Shown: one piece after another, positions 49,125 through 58,149 of the stretch
How positions within the stretch are numbered: position 1 is the stretch's first letter
Layout of the letters: every line of letters starts with the position of its first letter
Source: a virus
Taxonomy: Duplodnaviria; Heunggongvirae; Uroviricota; Caudoviricetes
Strand: one strand, 5' to 3'
IMG/VR virus record: IMGVR_UViG_3300025887_000009
DNA: 64,000 nt
The notes under the pieces: model-generated
Databases searched by the model: none
What the model was told of the DNA's origin: nothing
What the model saw: only the letters and a program-made list of their open reading frames with translations
Made by a program: the position numbers and the translations under genes

Positions 49125-51695
49125 TTATTGCGGGCCGGGTTTTGAAAAATCATAATAAGGAGGAGCACTTGTTCCTGCCCGTGCCATAATCTGATCAAGA
49201 GGGCTGCTAGTGTTAGCATCACCTTTACTGACCGCCGCTGTGTCTGATCCTTTGCCTTCTGTTTGGTTAGCATACCGAAGAAGACTTAGGCGTTGAGTAA
49301 ACATTCCTTGATTTATTAAATTAGTAACTGTAATAACTCGGTACAATCCGCTAAAACCTTCTACTATGTCACTGTCCTGTCCGGACTGGCCAAGAAAATC
49401 CATAGTACCATCATCATTATAATCAATAGGCGTTCTAAAAATTACATTAACTAATACTTCACCGTCTTGATAATTCATCGAACCACTTTTCTTTATATTA
49501 GAATTTGAAGAGTTTTTTTCTATAAAATTTCCAACTCCGCTGTCTGGAATATAAAATGGATCTCCGAGAATAGTTAAGTCTAATTGAATTAACTCAACAC
49601 TATTTAAGAATGCATTATGTATGTCCTGCGCAGCTTGCTGAATTGACGATTTAGAAGAAATACCAGCAGTAACTCCGCCTATGTTGTTTATTTCTTGAAT
49701 TCTGCCTGCACCCTCGACCGGAATGCTATTTCCAGCTTGTGCAGTTTTTACTTTTTGACTTTCTTGTATTTCTGCTTTATCTGCACCAGTCTTTCTTTCA
49801 CCAGAAACAGTGTTGCCATATCCTGCTGTCATTGATTGATAGTAACTGTAATTAAATTCAAGATTAAATTCAAGAATGTCTTTGTTTTGACCTGTGTAGA
49901 TATATTGGTATTGCTTTACTGCATTTGCTTTTAAAGTTGCTAGACCTTTAGTAGCAGCGGTTGGAGATTTTAGTTTAGAATGAGAAATTTGATACGGAAC
50001 AACACGGTATACATACACTCTTGGATATTTTCCGCTACGTTTAACTTCTTTAGGATCGTTAATATAATACACGCAGGTTTCGATTCTAAACCAATCAATC
50101 ATTCCATTTTCAGGAGGATTTTCTATCTGATCCATTAATTGTTTATGGTAATCACTAAACAGTATTATGTTTTGAATTATTGTCTCTATCTTTGTTCCGG
50201 CAGTAAATGTAAATTTTCTTTTGTCTTCACTTATTTGGAAATTTGCTTCAAATCTAATATTTGTATTCGTAGCAGCATCGTGCACCACCGACGGCAAGGC
50301 AAAAGGAACATTGCCGCTGTCTTTAAAATCTTCCGTTAACTTAAATTTTCCAAGATAACTAACATTTGTCTTTGCATCACTTTCTATAGTGCTTATTACG
50401 TCGCTAGTACTTCCTGAAACATACAATGTGCTTGTATCTGTTTTTTGTTGATTAAATCCAGCATCATTAACTGACGACAAAGGACTCGAGCCTACTTGTA
50501 TAGGACCAACGCCGTCAAAATTTAAAAAACTGCCATTGGCTATTGCTTCGTTTATCTCTCCGGAGTTTGCTAATTCTCTGCCAGAGCCTTTTTTTGCCAA
50601 GACGTTTGTTTTAATTTCTTGAGATGCACTATTGCTGTTATCTTGAGTGAAACTTGTTTTATTACCAAATCTATCACTATATAGATTCTGAGGTATTGAT
50701 ATTATTACTCTATCTGCTTTTGAAACTGTGTCATCATTTTCAAGCTGTAACATTCGTTCATTAATTTTTGTAGCAAGAGACTCGGGACCTGTTTGTAATA
50801 TCTCAATTACATCTTTTCCTGTAATTGACAGATCGTTTTTAGTTGACTGGATTTCATCAAACATAGCTTCACCGTTAGACGCAACTCCTGAAACAAAGTA
50901 TTGCGAACCGCTTTCATTTACAGTTACGCTCATATCAGTAATTAGAAAAGGAATCATACGAGAAGAATTTTCTGCGGTAAAAGAGTTACCATCGGCATCC
51001 CATCCAATAAAGTCCATACCTAATAACATAGGAGCACCGACATGATTATTTACAAATCCGGCTTGATTACATGCTATTTTAATTGTTTGCAAAAACATGC
51101 CTAAGCTATATGGTTCAAAAATTGTAAATTTAAGACTGATTGCTGTTGCTATTCCATTAACATCGCTTGGTGCAACTAGACCTTCAATTTCTACATCATC
51201 TATATAATACTCTACTCTACCTTTTGATTCAAAAGGAGTAAGAACTTTATCTTTGCCGCCGCCGCCTGATTTTAGAATTACATTTTCAGGTCCATTAACT
51301 CTATAAGAATTATCTGGAAAATTATGTTCGTCGGCAGTTAATGCTGCAAGAGTAAATATTGTATTAAATGACGAATATTCGTGTAAAGTGTTTGGTCGTA
51401 AAGATCCCGGGCCTTCGTCTAATCCAGTCGAAGGATCAATTAATCCAGGAAATCCACTAAACGCAAAAGCTGATATTGCGCTAATTGGATCAGATAAAAT
51501 TGACGCTAATGTCTGGCTTGATCCAAAATTAAGAAAATTATCAAACTTTTTAACTTGACCTGCTAAATCTTGTCCAAACCCATTTACTATGTTAGACGCA
51601 GCATCGCCAAATATCCCCGGCAGAGATCTATCTGCAAAGCTAGATAACGATTTCGTCTTTTCAGAAATAAATTTAGACAGCGAAAAAAATGACAT
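49125..51695 (-). CDS. baseplate hub protein (gp27-like position)
   Basis: 856 aa between the gp53-like and gp5-like genes; LKFTIFEPYSLG, LDLTILGDP, FSGLYRVITVTN...GMFTQRLSL. Confidence 0.6.
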   Translation of the reverse strand: MSFFSLSKFISEKTKSLSSFADRSLPGIFGDAASNIVNGFGQDLAGQVKKFDNFLNFGSSQTLASILSDPISAISAFAFSGFPGLIDPSTGLDEGPGSLRPNTLHEYSSFNTIFTLAALTADEHNFPDNSYRVNGPENVILKSGGGGKDKVLTPFESKGRVEYYIDDVEIEGLVAPSDVNGIATAISLKFTIFEPYSLGMFLQTIKIACNQAGFVNNHVGAPMLLGMDFIGWDADGNSFTAENSSRMIPFLITDMSVTVNESGSQYFVSGVASNGEAMFDEIQSTKNDLSITGKDVIEILQTGPESLATKINERMLQLENDDTVSKADRVIISIPQNLYSDRFGNKTSFTQDNSNSASQEIKTNVLAKKGSGRELANSGEINEAIANGSFLNFDGVGPIQVGSSPLSSVNDAGFNQQKTDTSTLYVSGSTSDVISTIESDAKTNVSYLGKFKLTEDFKDSGNVPFALPSVVHDAATNTNIRFEANFQISEDKRKFTFTAGTKIETIIQNIILFSDYHKQLMDQIENPPENGMIDWFRIETCVYYINDPKEVKRSGKYPRVYVYRVVPYQISHSKLKSPTAATKGLATLKANAVKQYQYIYTGQNKDILEFNLEFNYSYYQSMTAGYGNTVSGERKTGADKAEIQESQKVKTAQAGNSIPVEGAGRIQEINNIGGVTAGISSKSSIQQAAQDIHNAFLNSVELIQLDLTILGDPFYIPDSGVGNFIEKNSSNSNIKKSGSMNYQDGEVLVNVIFRTPIDYNDDGTMDFLGQSGQDSDIVEGFSGLYRVITVTNLINQGMFTQRLSLLRYANQTEGKGSDTAAVSKGDANTSSPLDQIMARAGTSAPPYYDFSKPGPQ

Positions 51696-51997
51696 TAAAA
51701 TCCTAACCTTGTCTTTAATTTACTCGATTTCGGTATATAAATTTTTGTTCCTGGCGTCATATCAAATATAGGATCTTTTATAATATCCATGTTGCGTTGT
51801 GCAAATACCCACCATAATTTCGGAGTACCGTACAAATCGTACGATAGCAGATCGGGACGTAAATTATATTGCGATTCAATTTCGTATAAAAAGTCATCTG
51901 GTTCTGCAGGAATAGGACGTATCTTTAATATATCAAGATACGGTCCGATTATTGTTTTTGTATCTGCCCACGGACTAGTTTTTTGATAATCTGCCAT
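51695..51997 (-). CDS. baseplate wedge protein, gp53-like (LysM-like)
   Basis: YEIESQYNLRPDLLSYDLYGTPKLWWVFAQRN...PGTKIYIP. Confidence 0.8.
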   Translation of the reverse strand: MADYQKTSPWADTKTIIGPYLDILKIRPIPAEPDDFLYEIESQYNLRPDLLSYDLYGTPKLWWVFAQRNMDIIKDPIFDMTPGTKIYIPKSSKLKTRLGF

Positions 51998-52833
51998 TAG
52001 ATAAATCCTTTACCATTTTCGACATATTTCCCTGCGACAAAATCTGTAAGGTTAAATTGCGCTGTTGTTTTTCTTGAATATATTGGTTGAACTGATACTG
52101 AGAAAACACTCTGCGCCGGTACACGAGTAGTAGAATCGCCATTTTGTAAGCCTTCGCCGTTACCGCCAATACTTGCTTCTATGTAATCAACGTTAGGTTG
52201 CAAATCAACTGTAAATGCAGTAACTACAACCGGAACGTTGTTAAACACATAATCGCCATATCCATTTAATTTTACAACAGGTGGCGGCGCACCGGCATTT
52301 GAATCTGATCCATAAAACATCTTTGTAACTGAACGCAAGTAATGCAATACAGCAATCCAATACTGAGCTTCTTTTGCATTTTCTACTGTAAATTCACCAG
52401 TTAATGTAATTATATCTGCCTGGCTGCTAACATAACTTTGAAAAGCGTAATTAGTATGTGTTGGACTTGTGCTAGTGTAGTTTGCAGTATGACTAAGTAC
52501 AACTGTAGGAGTATAAGGAAAAATCATTCTATTTCCAGTTTCAACCAATGGTGATAAAATAGGACTGTTAAATCCATCTAATGACGGTACGGATAAACTA
52601 ATTCGCCAATCTTTAGGTCCTTGTGAAACAACAGTTGCACTAGTTAATGACCGCTGGGTTGGTTCGCCACCTGTTGGAAGATTAGCTGATCGTATCGTTG
52701 ACATAAACGTGGCAGGATTTTGTATTGCATCTATTGCAATTTGTGCCGACTTCGACGACGATCTAATACCGCCAACTATATCGTCAACGATGCCTTTTTT
52801 AACCGAGCTTATAATTCCTGGAATAAGGGACAT
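51997..52833 (-). CDS. baseplate tail-tube initiator-like protein (gp48/gp54-like)
   Basis: MIFPYTPTVVLSHTANY...ITLTGEFT...HYLRSVTKMFYG...PPPVVKLNGYG...VPVVVTAFTVDL. Confidence 0.6.
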   Translation of the reverse strand: MSLIPGIISSVKKGIVDDIVGGIRSSSKSAQIAIDAIQNPATFMSTIRSANLPTGGEPTQRSLTSATVVSQGPKDWRISLSVPSLDGFNSPILSPLVETGNRMIFPYTPTVVLSHTANYTSTSPTHTNYAFQSYVSSQADIITLTGEFTVENAKEAQYWIAVLHYLRSVTKMFYGSDSNAGAPPPVVKLNGYGDYVFNNVPVVVTAFTVDLQPNVDYIEASIGGNGEGLQNGDSTTRVPAQSVFSVSVQPIYSRKTTAQFNLTDFVAGKYVENGKGFI

Positions 52834-52854
52834 TTTCTTTTTCTCCTGTGTACG

Positions 52855-52861
52855 TATTTAG
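52855..52861 (-). promoter_or_regulatory. late promoter variant (CTAAATA) for the baseplate operon
   Basis: 21 nt upstream of ATG 52833 with an AGGAG RBS; directly abuts the -35 of the divergent gp55 promoter. Confidence 0.5.
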
Positions 52862-52890
52862 TTGACAAAAATAACTACGTACATTATAAT
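52862..52890 (+). promoter_or_regulatory. consensus sigma70 promoter for gp55
   Basis: TTGACA 52862-52867, 17-nt spacer, TATAAT 52885-52890. Confidence 0.9.
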
Positions 52891-52908
52891 AGTAACAGAG
52901 GAGTTCTA

Positions 52909-53754
52909 ATGAGACCTAAGAATTATTTAAACAACAAAGATATTTTAAAAGAAATACACAAGTCAAAAGGTACATATTGCAGCTACGTCGATAGTCAAAA
53001 CGATCATCAATTTGATATCATTTTATTAGACATTGATAAAATTAATATTCGAACTATTGCAGAAGCAAAGCGCAATCAAGCAAAACGTCTAGCAACCGAA
53101 CGTTTCGATGCTGCCAAAGAACGTGGAGAAAAAGTAAAAGCTGCACAGTTTGAAATTGATTACAAAACTATTCTAAAAACAGATCTTGTTTTTAGAATTA
53201 TGACATTTGATCATATCCCCGAAGAACCAGGACGTAAAAAGAATCCAAAGACTATAGCTGATACTAAGACAAAGCTAAATTTCCCGCCTTTTAAGCATTA
53301 TAAATTTAACGACGACGATGAACTAATTTGTGTCGGAAAAAGCCACTGGGTTGGCGGTATGGAGAACGGACACTTTTCAAAGGATCACGGTCGAGCAACA
53401 AATAAATTAGCTATGATGTGGATGAAACTTTGTGATCGGTATGCTACCCGTGGCAACGTTCGTGGTTATACATACAATGACGAAATGCGCGGACAAGCTA
53501 TTTTACAGCTTTCACAGATTGGATTACAATTTGATGAATCTAAATCAAACAACCCATTTGCTTATTACACAGCCGCAGTTACAAACAGTTTTGTTCGTGT
53601 AATCAACATAGAAAAACGCAATCAAATGGTTCGTGACGACATTCTCGAAATGAACGATATGTCACCGTCTTACACAAGACAACATGCAAACGAATGGGAT
53701 TACGCAGTGCAACGTAATGCAGACGATGCAGCAAAGAAAAAGAAAAAGACTTGA
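52909..53754 (+). CDS. gp55: late transcription sigma factor, T4 gp55-like
   Basis: NYLNNKDILKEI matches the gp55 N-terminus; NVRGYTYNDEM...FDESKSNNPFAYYTAAVTNSFVRVI; start at 52909 with GAGGAG 52898-52903 (the ORF-track start 52720 is spurious). Confidence 0.85.
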   Translation: MRPKNYLNNKDILKEIHKSKGTYCSYVDSQNDHQFDIILLDIDKINIRTIAEAKRNQAKRLATERFDAAKERGEKVKAAQFEIDYKTILKTDLVFRIMTFDHIPEEPGRKKNPKTIADTKTKLNFPPFKHYKFNDDDELICVGKSHWVGGMENGHFSKDHGRATNKLAMMWMKLCDRYATRGNVRGYTYNDEMRGQAILQLSQIGLQFDESKSNNPFAYYTAAVTNSFVRVINIEKRNQMVRDDILEMNDMSPSYTRQHANEWDYAVQRNADDAAKKKKKT

Positions 53755-53778
53755 CTTTTTTCGCAGATAAGTTACAAT
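53751..53778 (+). promoter_or_regulatory. sigma70-like promoter for gp47-gp46
   Basis: TTGACT 53751-53756 (overlaps the gp55 stop), 16-nt spacer, TACAAT 53773-53778. Confidence 0.6.
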
Positions 53779-53797
53779 AAAATCAATAGGATAGCAA

Positions 53798-54811
53798 ATG
53801 TTTAAAAAAGCAGCCGTTTTTACAGACCTGCACTGCGGGCTAAAATCTAACTCTCGAACACACAATCATGATTGTGAAGACTTTGTTGATTGGTATATCA
53901 GCGAAGCTAAGTCACGCGGTTGCGAGACAGGTATATTTTGCGGCGACTGGCATCACAATAGAAACGCCCTTAATTTAACAACAATGGATACAACAATTCG
54001 TTGCTTGGAAAAGTTAGGGGCTGCTTTTGAGAATTTTTATATGTTTGCCGGCAATCATGATTTGTATTACAAAGACAAACGTGATGTTAAAAGCACACAG
54101 TTTGCAAGACACATTCCCGGAATTACAGTTGTTGACAAAACCTTTGTCGAAGACGATGTTGCACTAGTTCCGTGGCTTGTAGGCGACGAATGGAAAGATA
54201 TAAGCAAAATTAAAGCAAAGTATCTTTTTGGGCATTTTGAACTTCCTAGCTTCTATATGAATGCTATGGTAAAGATGCCCGATCATGGAGAGTTAAAAGC
54301 AGAACATTTTGAGAATCAAGAATATGTGTTTTCAGGTCATTTTCACAAACGCCAAACCAACGGCAAAATTAATTATATCGGAAATGCTTTCCCGCATAAT
54401 TATGCAGACGCTTGGGACGACGAACGCGGCATGATGGTTTTAGAACACGGCGGTACGCCTGAATTTATCAATTGGACCGACTGTCCTAAATATCGCACAA
54501 TTACCTTGTCAAGATTAATTGACGAAAAAGATGAAATTATTAAAAGCAAGATGTATCTACGTGTTACACTTGATATCGATATTAGTTACGAAGAAGCATC
54601 ATTTATTAAAGAACAATTTATTGACGGTTATAACTGTAGAGAAATTGTTCTAATTCCGTCTAAACAAGACGAAGAAATTAACTCAGATATTGATATTACA
54701 AAGTTTGAATCAGTCGATCAAATTGTCTCTAAGGAGATAACTGCAATCGAATCAGATAATTTTGATACTAATACATTGCTGGGTATTTACAAGGATTTAG
54801 ACCAAGTATGA
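53798..54811 (+). CDS. gp47: recombination endonuclease subunit, gp47/Mre11/SbcD-like
   Basis: Phosphoesterase motifs TDLH, CGDWHH, GNHD, FGHFE, SGHFH. Confidence 0.95.
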   Translation: MFKKAAVFTDLHCGLKSNSRTHNHDCEDFVDWYISEAKSRGCETGIFCGDWHHNRNALNLTTMDTTIRCLEKLGAAFENFYMFAGNHDLYYKDKRDVKSTQFARHIPGITVVDKTFVEDDVALVPWLVGDEWKDISKIKAKYLFGHFELPSFYMNAMVKMPDHGELKAEHFENQEYVFSGHFHKRQTNGKINYIGNAFPHNYADAWDDERGMMVLEHGGTPEFINWTDCPKYRTITLSRLIDEKDEIIKSKMYLRVTLDIDISYEEASFIKEQFIDGYNCREIVLIPSKQDEEINSDIDITKFESVDQIVSKEITAIESDNFDTNTLLGIYKDLDQV

Positions 54812-56583
54812 TTAAAATATGCGACATGACCGTGAAGAATTTCATGTCCGTTGGAAACCAGACGCAAGCTGTTGATTTTGACAAAGATCAGCTAACTCTT
54901 GTGCTTGGTGAGAACCTCGACCAAGGCGGCGACGACAGCGGATCAAGAAACGGTACAGGAAAAACAACCATCATAAATGCGCTTTCTTATGCGTTGTTCG
55001 GACAGGCTCTTACTAATATCAAACGCAATAACTTGATTAATAAGACGAATAATAAAGGCATGTTAGTTACACTTAACTTCGAAAAAGACAACGTAAAGTA
55101 TCGTGTCGAACGAGGTAGATCTCCTAATATTTTGAAGTTTTTCATCAACGAAGAAGAAGTTGTTGAAGACGAAAGTCAAGGTGATTCAAGACAAACTCAA
55201 AATGATATTAACGTATTGTTAGGCATGTCGCATGATATGTTTAAACACATTGTTGCGCTAAACACATATACAGAACCTTTCTTGTCAATGCGAACAAATG
55301 ACCAAAGAGCTATTATCGAACAGCTTCTTGGTATTACTTTGTTGTCACAAAAAGCAGAGATGCTAAAGCAACAGGTTCGTGATGTTAAGGATTCTATTAC
55401 TGAAGAAACTGCAAAAATCAATGCAACAGAATCAAGCAACAAACGTATTCAAGAAACTATTCAATCGACAAAATTGCGTCAAAGTGCATGGTCACAAAAA
55501 CAAAGTGAAACTATCACTAAACTTGAAAATTCTTTAAAAGAGCTCGAGCAACTTGATATCGAAAAAGAGCTATCAGATCACGAACTACTTGCTAAGTGGT
55601 CCGAACATAATGACAAGATACGTAATTTGCAAAAGGAAAAAGGCACATTAGAAAGTGCTATTTCGCAAGCTGATCGTTCTGTTGATAAGATTCAAAAAGC
55701 GCTCAACGAACTTGATACTGCTGCTACTTGTTATACTTGTGGACAAGCCCTTCACGAAGATAAAAAGCAAGAAATTCTAGAAAAGAAAACAACGGAATTG
55801 ACCGACGCATTTGCATATCAAACCGAAGTTGATACTAAGTTGCAAGCAACTGTTAAGAAGCTTGCAGAGATTGGTGACATTAACGGACGTCCTACTACTT
55901 TTTACGAATCAGCAAAACAAGCATACGAACATCAGAATAATTTAATTGCTATCATGAACGCACTAGATGACAAGAAAAGTGAAGAAGATCCATATGCTTC
56001 GCAGATCTATGAACTTGAAAATTCTGCAATACAAGAAATCAAATGGGACACAGTAAACACTTTAATCAACTACAAAGACCATCAAGAGTTTTTGCTCAAG
56101 CTGTTAACTAATAAAGATTCATTTATTAGAAAGAAGATCATTGATCAGAATTTAACATATCTAAACAGCAGACTAACATACTATCTTGCAAAGACAGGAT
56201 TGCCACATTTGGTTAAATTTCAAAACGATCTATCAATTGAGATTACTCAGCTAGGACAAGATCTTGATTTTGACAATCTAAGTAGAGGCGAAAGAAACAG
56301 ACTTATTTTAGGTATGAGTTGGGCGTTTCGTGATGTCTGGGAAAGCTTGTATCAAAAAATCAATCTTCTGTTTATTGACGAATTAATTGACAATGGATTA
56401 GACGCTGCCGGAGTTGATAACTGTTTGACTATTCTAAAGAAGATGGGAAGAGAAGGCGGCAAGAACGTTTATCTTATCTCTCACAAAGACGAACTCGTAG
56501 GACGTGTTAACAACGTGCTCAAAGTTATTAAAGAAGGAGGTTATACTTCTTATGAAAACGATGTTGAAATATTAAATGATTGA
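54808..56583 (+). CDS. gp46: recombination ATPase subunit, gp46/Rad50/SbcC-like
   Basis: Walker A NGTGKTT, coiled coil with Zn hook CYTC, signature LSRGE, Walker B LFIDE, ISH. Confidence 0.95.
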   Translation: MIKICDMTVKNFMSVGNQTQAVDFDKDQLTLVLGENLDQGGDDSGSRNGTGKTTIINALSYALFGQALTNIKRNNLINKTNNKGMLVTLNFEKDNVKYRVERGRSPNILKFFINEEEVVEDESQGDSRQTQNDINVLLGMSHDMFKHIVALNTYTEPFLSMRTNDQRAIIEQLLGITLLSQKAEMLKQQVRDVKDSITEETAKINATESSNKRIQETIQSTKLRQSAWSQKQSETITKLENSLKELEQLDIEKELSDHELLAKWSEHNDKIRNLQKEKGTLESAISQADRSVDKIQKALNELDTAATCYTCGQALHEDKKQEILEKKTTELTDAFAYQTEVDTKLQATVKKLAEIGDINGRPTTFYESAKQAYEHQNNLIAIMNALDDKKSEEDPYASQIYELENSAIQEIKWDTVNTLINYKDHQEFLLKLLTNKDSFIRKKIIDQNLTYLNSRLTYYLAKTGLPHLVKFQNDLSIEITQLGQDLDFDNLSRGERNRLILGMSWAFRDVWESLYQKINLLFIDELIDNGLDAAGVDNCLTILKKMGREGGKNVYLISHKDELVGRVNNVLKVIKEGGYTSYENDVEILND

Positions 56584-56821
56584 AGACGATGACAACTTTG
56601 ATGACTTAATTGACACAGAGACACACGATCTGCTTGTACAAGCTTATCTTGATTACTTTACAAAGATAGAACAGTACAAGCGGCGCCGTAGCCATCGTAC
56701 TGCAATCCACGCAAGAAAATCACTTACAAAGATTTCACACCTTGTAAGAATACGAAGAAAAGAAATTACAAACGACCACAGGCAATACAAAGAAAAGGCC
56801 AGAAATAAGAAGAAGGAATAA
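56576..56821 (+). CDS. small basic protein, possibly Hc1-like histone-like DNA-binding protein
   Basis: AIHARKSLTKISHLVRIRRKEI resembles the A..ARK.L..(I/L)..L...RK motif; acidic N-terminus and basic C-terminus. Confidence 0.5.
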   Translation: MIEDDDNFDDLIDTETHDLLVQAYLDYFTKIEQYKRRRSHRTAIHARKSLTKISHLVRIRRKEITNDHRQYKEKARNKKKE

Positions 56822-56842
56822 TAGCATTGCATAACTATCTAC

Positions 56843-57298
56843 ATGCAATGGACTTACCAAGGAGACGTAGTTAATGAGCTTCCGGAGGGATGCGAAGGCT
56901 TTGTTTATTTGATAACAAATCTTACAAATCAACGTAAGTACATAGGCAAAAAATTGGCTCGATTTAAAACAACCAAACCACCACTTAAAGGCAGAAAAAA
57001 CAAAAGGCGCGGAACAAAAGAAAGTGATTGGAGAACCTATTGGGGATCTTCGGATAATCTACTAGCTGATGTTGCTGCGATAGGCACAGACAAATTTACT
57101 AGAGAAATTTTATATTTTTGTAAAGGCAGGGGCGAAATGTCCTACATAGAGGCAAGAGAACAGTTTGATAGACGAGTACTCGAATCTGATGATTACTATA
57201 ACGGTATTATTAATGTAAGAGTAGGCGGGAGCAATAAATTAAAAAAGGCGCTGTTAGAACATGGCACGAAAACTAAATTGGACAAAGGCACGATCTGA
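56843..57298 (+). CDS. GIY-YIG family nuclease (minimal, single domain)
   Basis: GFVYLITNLTNQRKYIGKK (GIY-x10-YIG variant), R and E residues (EMSYIEAREQ), YYNG. Confidence 0.85.
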   Translation: MQWTYQGDVVNELPEGCEGFVYLITNLTNQRKYIGKKLARFKTTKPPLKGRKNKRRGTKESDWRTYWGSSDNLLADVAAIGTDKFTREILYFCKGRGEMSYIEAREQFDRRVLESDDYYNGIINVRVGGSNKLKKALLEHGTKTKLDKGTI

Positions 57299-57569
57299 TA
57301 CTATTAAAAGTGAACTTATTAGTTCACAATTACACGAATCAAATGCAAATTCCGACAAGTACTTTAAATTTAAAGCTAATGTAACAACACAACACAAACT
57401 GTTAGAAGAAGGCATTTGGCCTACTGGCAAACATACAGGCACTAAGATATCTAAACTAAGCGAAAAATATTTGGTATGGGCTGGATTAAATTTAAAATCT
57501 AAACATATAAAATATGCTGCAAACAAAGAGCTACTTAGAAGATATCATTCAGGCGAAATCAAACTATAA
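57261..57569 (+). CDS. hypothetical protein with DUF3820-like motif
   Basis: WPTGKHTGTKISKLSEKYLVW resembles the MPFGKYKG..I..LP..YL.W motif; overlaps the GIY-YIG gene by 38 nt. Confidence 0.55.
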   Translation: MARKLNWTKARSDTIKSELISSQLHESNANSDKYFKFKANVTTQHKLLEEGIWPTGKHTGTKISKLSEKYLVWAGLNLKSKHIKYAANKELLRRYHSGEIKL

Positions 57570-58010
57570 ACCTTAGGCAAAACAATCCAACACATAAGGT
57601 TAGCGGGCCAGATTAGAAATACCGCCGTGGAAAAAGCTCTCGTATAGAAGCACACGTACATACTGATGGACCTATCTACAAACTTGGGGTCTCCGTTGGT
57701 ATAGATTGATTGTTGGCAATTGAGAAACACAAACACAGTTCATAAAAACCCTTTAGCATCAGGAACGAAGCGAGGGAAGCAGTGTTAGTAGTTATTACTA
57801 TCTGAATGTGATTAGAAATAAACATATTCAAATAAAAATAACTGCTGACATTGTATGTCGACGTAGGTTGGGAAAGGTCAGAGCCCATTGAACTTTGTGT
57901 ATAAACAAATACCTATTTCCGTATCTCGGCTGAATAAGACTCACATGAAGTTTTTTGAGAGGGGCGGGACCGTAACAGGTTCCGTCTGACCAAAACGATC
58001 TACATGAATA
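57569..58010 (+). ncRNA. candidate large structured ncRNA
   Basis: ORF-free region with many stems containing G.U pairs on the + strand: 57783-57796/57837-57850 (14 bp, 2 GU), 57803-57810/57823-57830, 57863-57868/57911-57916, 57963-57971/57978-57986 (GUAACA loop), 57663-57668/57757-57762; possible pseudoknot GGUCAG 57876-57881 with CUGACC 57986-57991. Boundaries approximate. Confidence 0.65.
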
Positions 58011-58019
58011 TATCACTTC

Positions 58020-58042
58020 GTTATTACGCATCGCGTAATAAC
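58020..58042. repeat. perfect 10-bp inverted repeat
   Basis: GTTATTACGC-atc-GCGTAATAAC. Confidence 0.9.
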
Positions 58043-58108
58043 TACGTTAGGTTTGTACAAGTAAAGTATTAACTGTTTGTATAGAGTAGTTTAAAGAAAA
58101 GAAATTAT

Positions 58109-58149
58109 GTATTGAGCGATAGCGAAATACAGATGTACGTAGTACATCT
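58109..58149. repeat. two adjacent hairpins
   Basis: GTATT-gagcGATAgcga-AATAC (58109-58130) and AGATGTAC-gta-GTACATCT (58131-58149). Confidence 0.85.

Noticed and set aside
52720-52908. N-terminal extension of gp55 in the ORF track
   Set aside because: Overlaps the divergent gene and lies upstream of the sigma70 promoter; ATG 52909 has a strong GAGGAG RBS
57663-57670. Hammerhead ribozyme core
   Set aside because: Sequence is CTGATGG rather than CUGAUGA and no correctly placed GAAA stem junction was found
57569-58010. tmRNA, RNase P, or group I/II intron as the identity of the structured region
   Set aside because: No tRNA-like ends or tag frame ending in AA. GGGAAAGGUCAG only loosely echoes RNase P CR-I and no CR-V was found. 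No group II domain V or group I P7 R/S elements were recognised, and flanking genes look uninterrupted. A covariance-model search is needed to exclude these formally
58020-58149. Rho-independent terminators
   Set aside because: The hairpins lack a following U-tract on either strand
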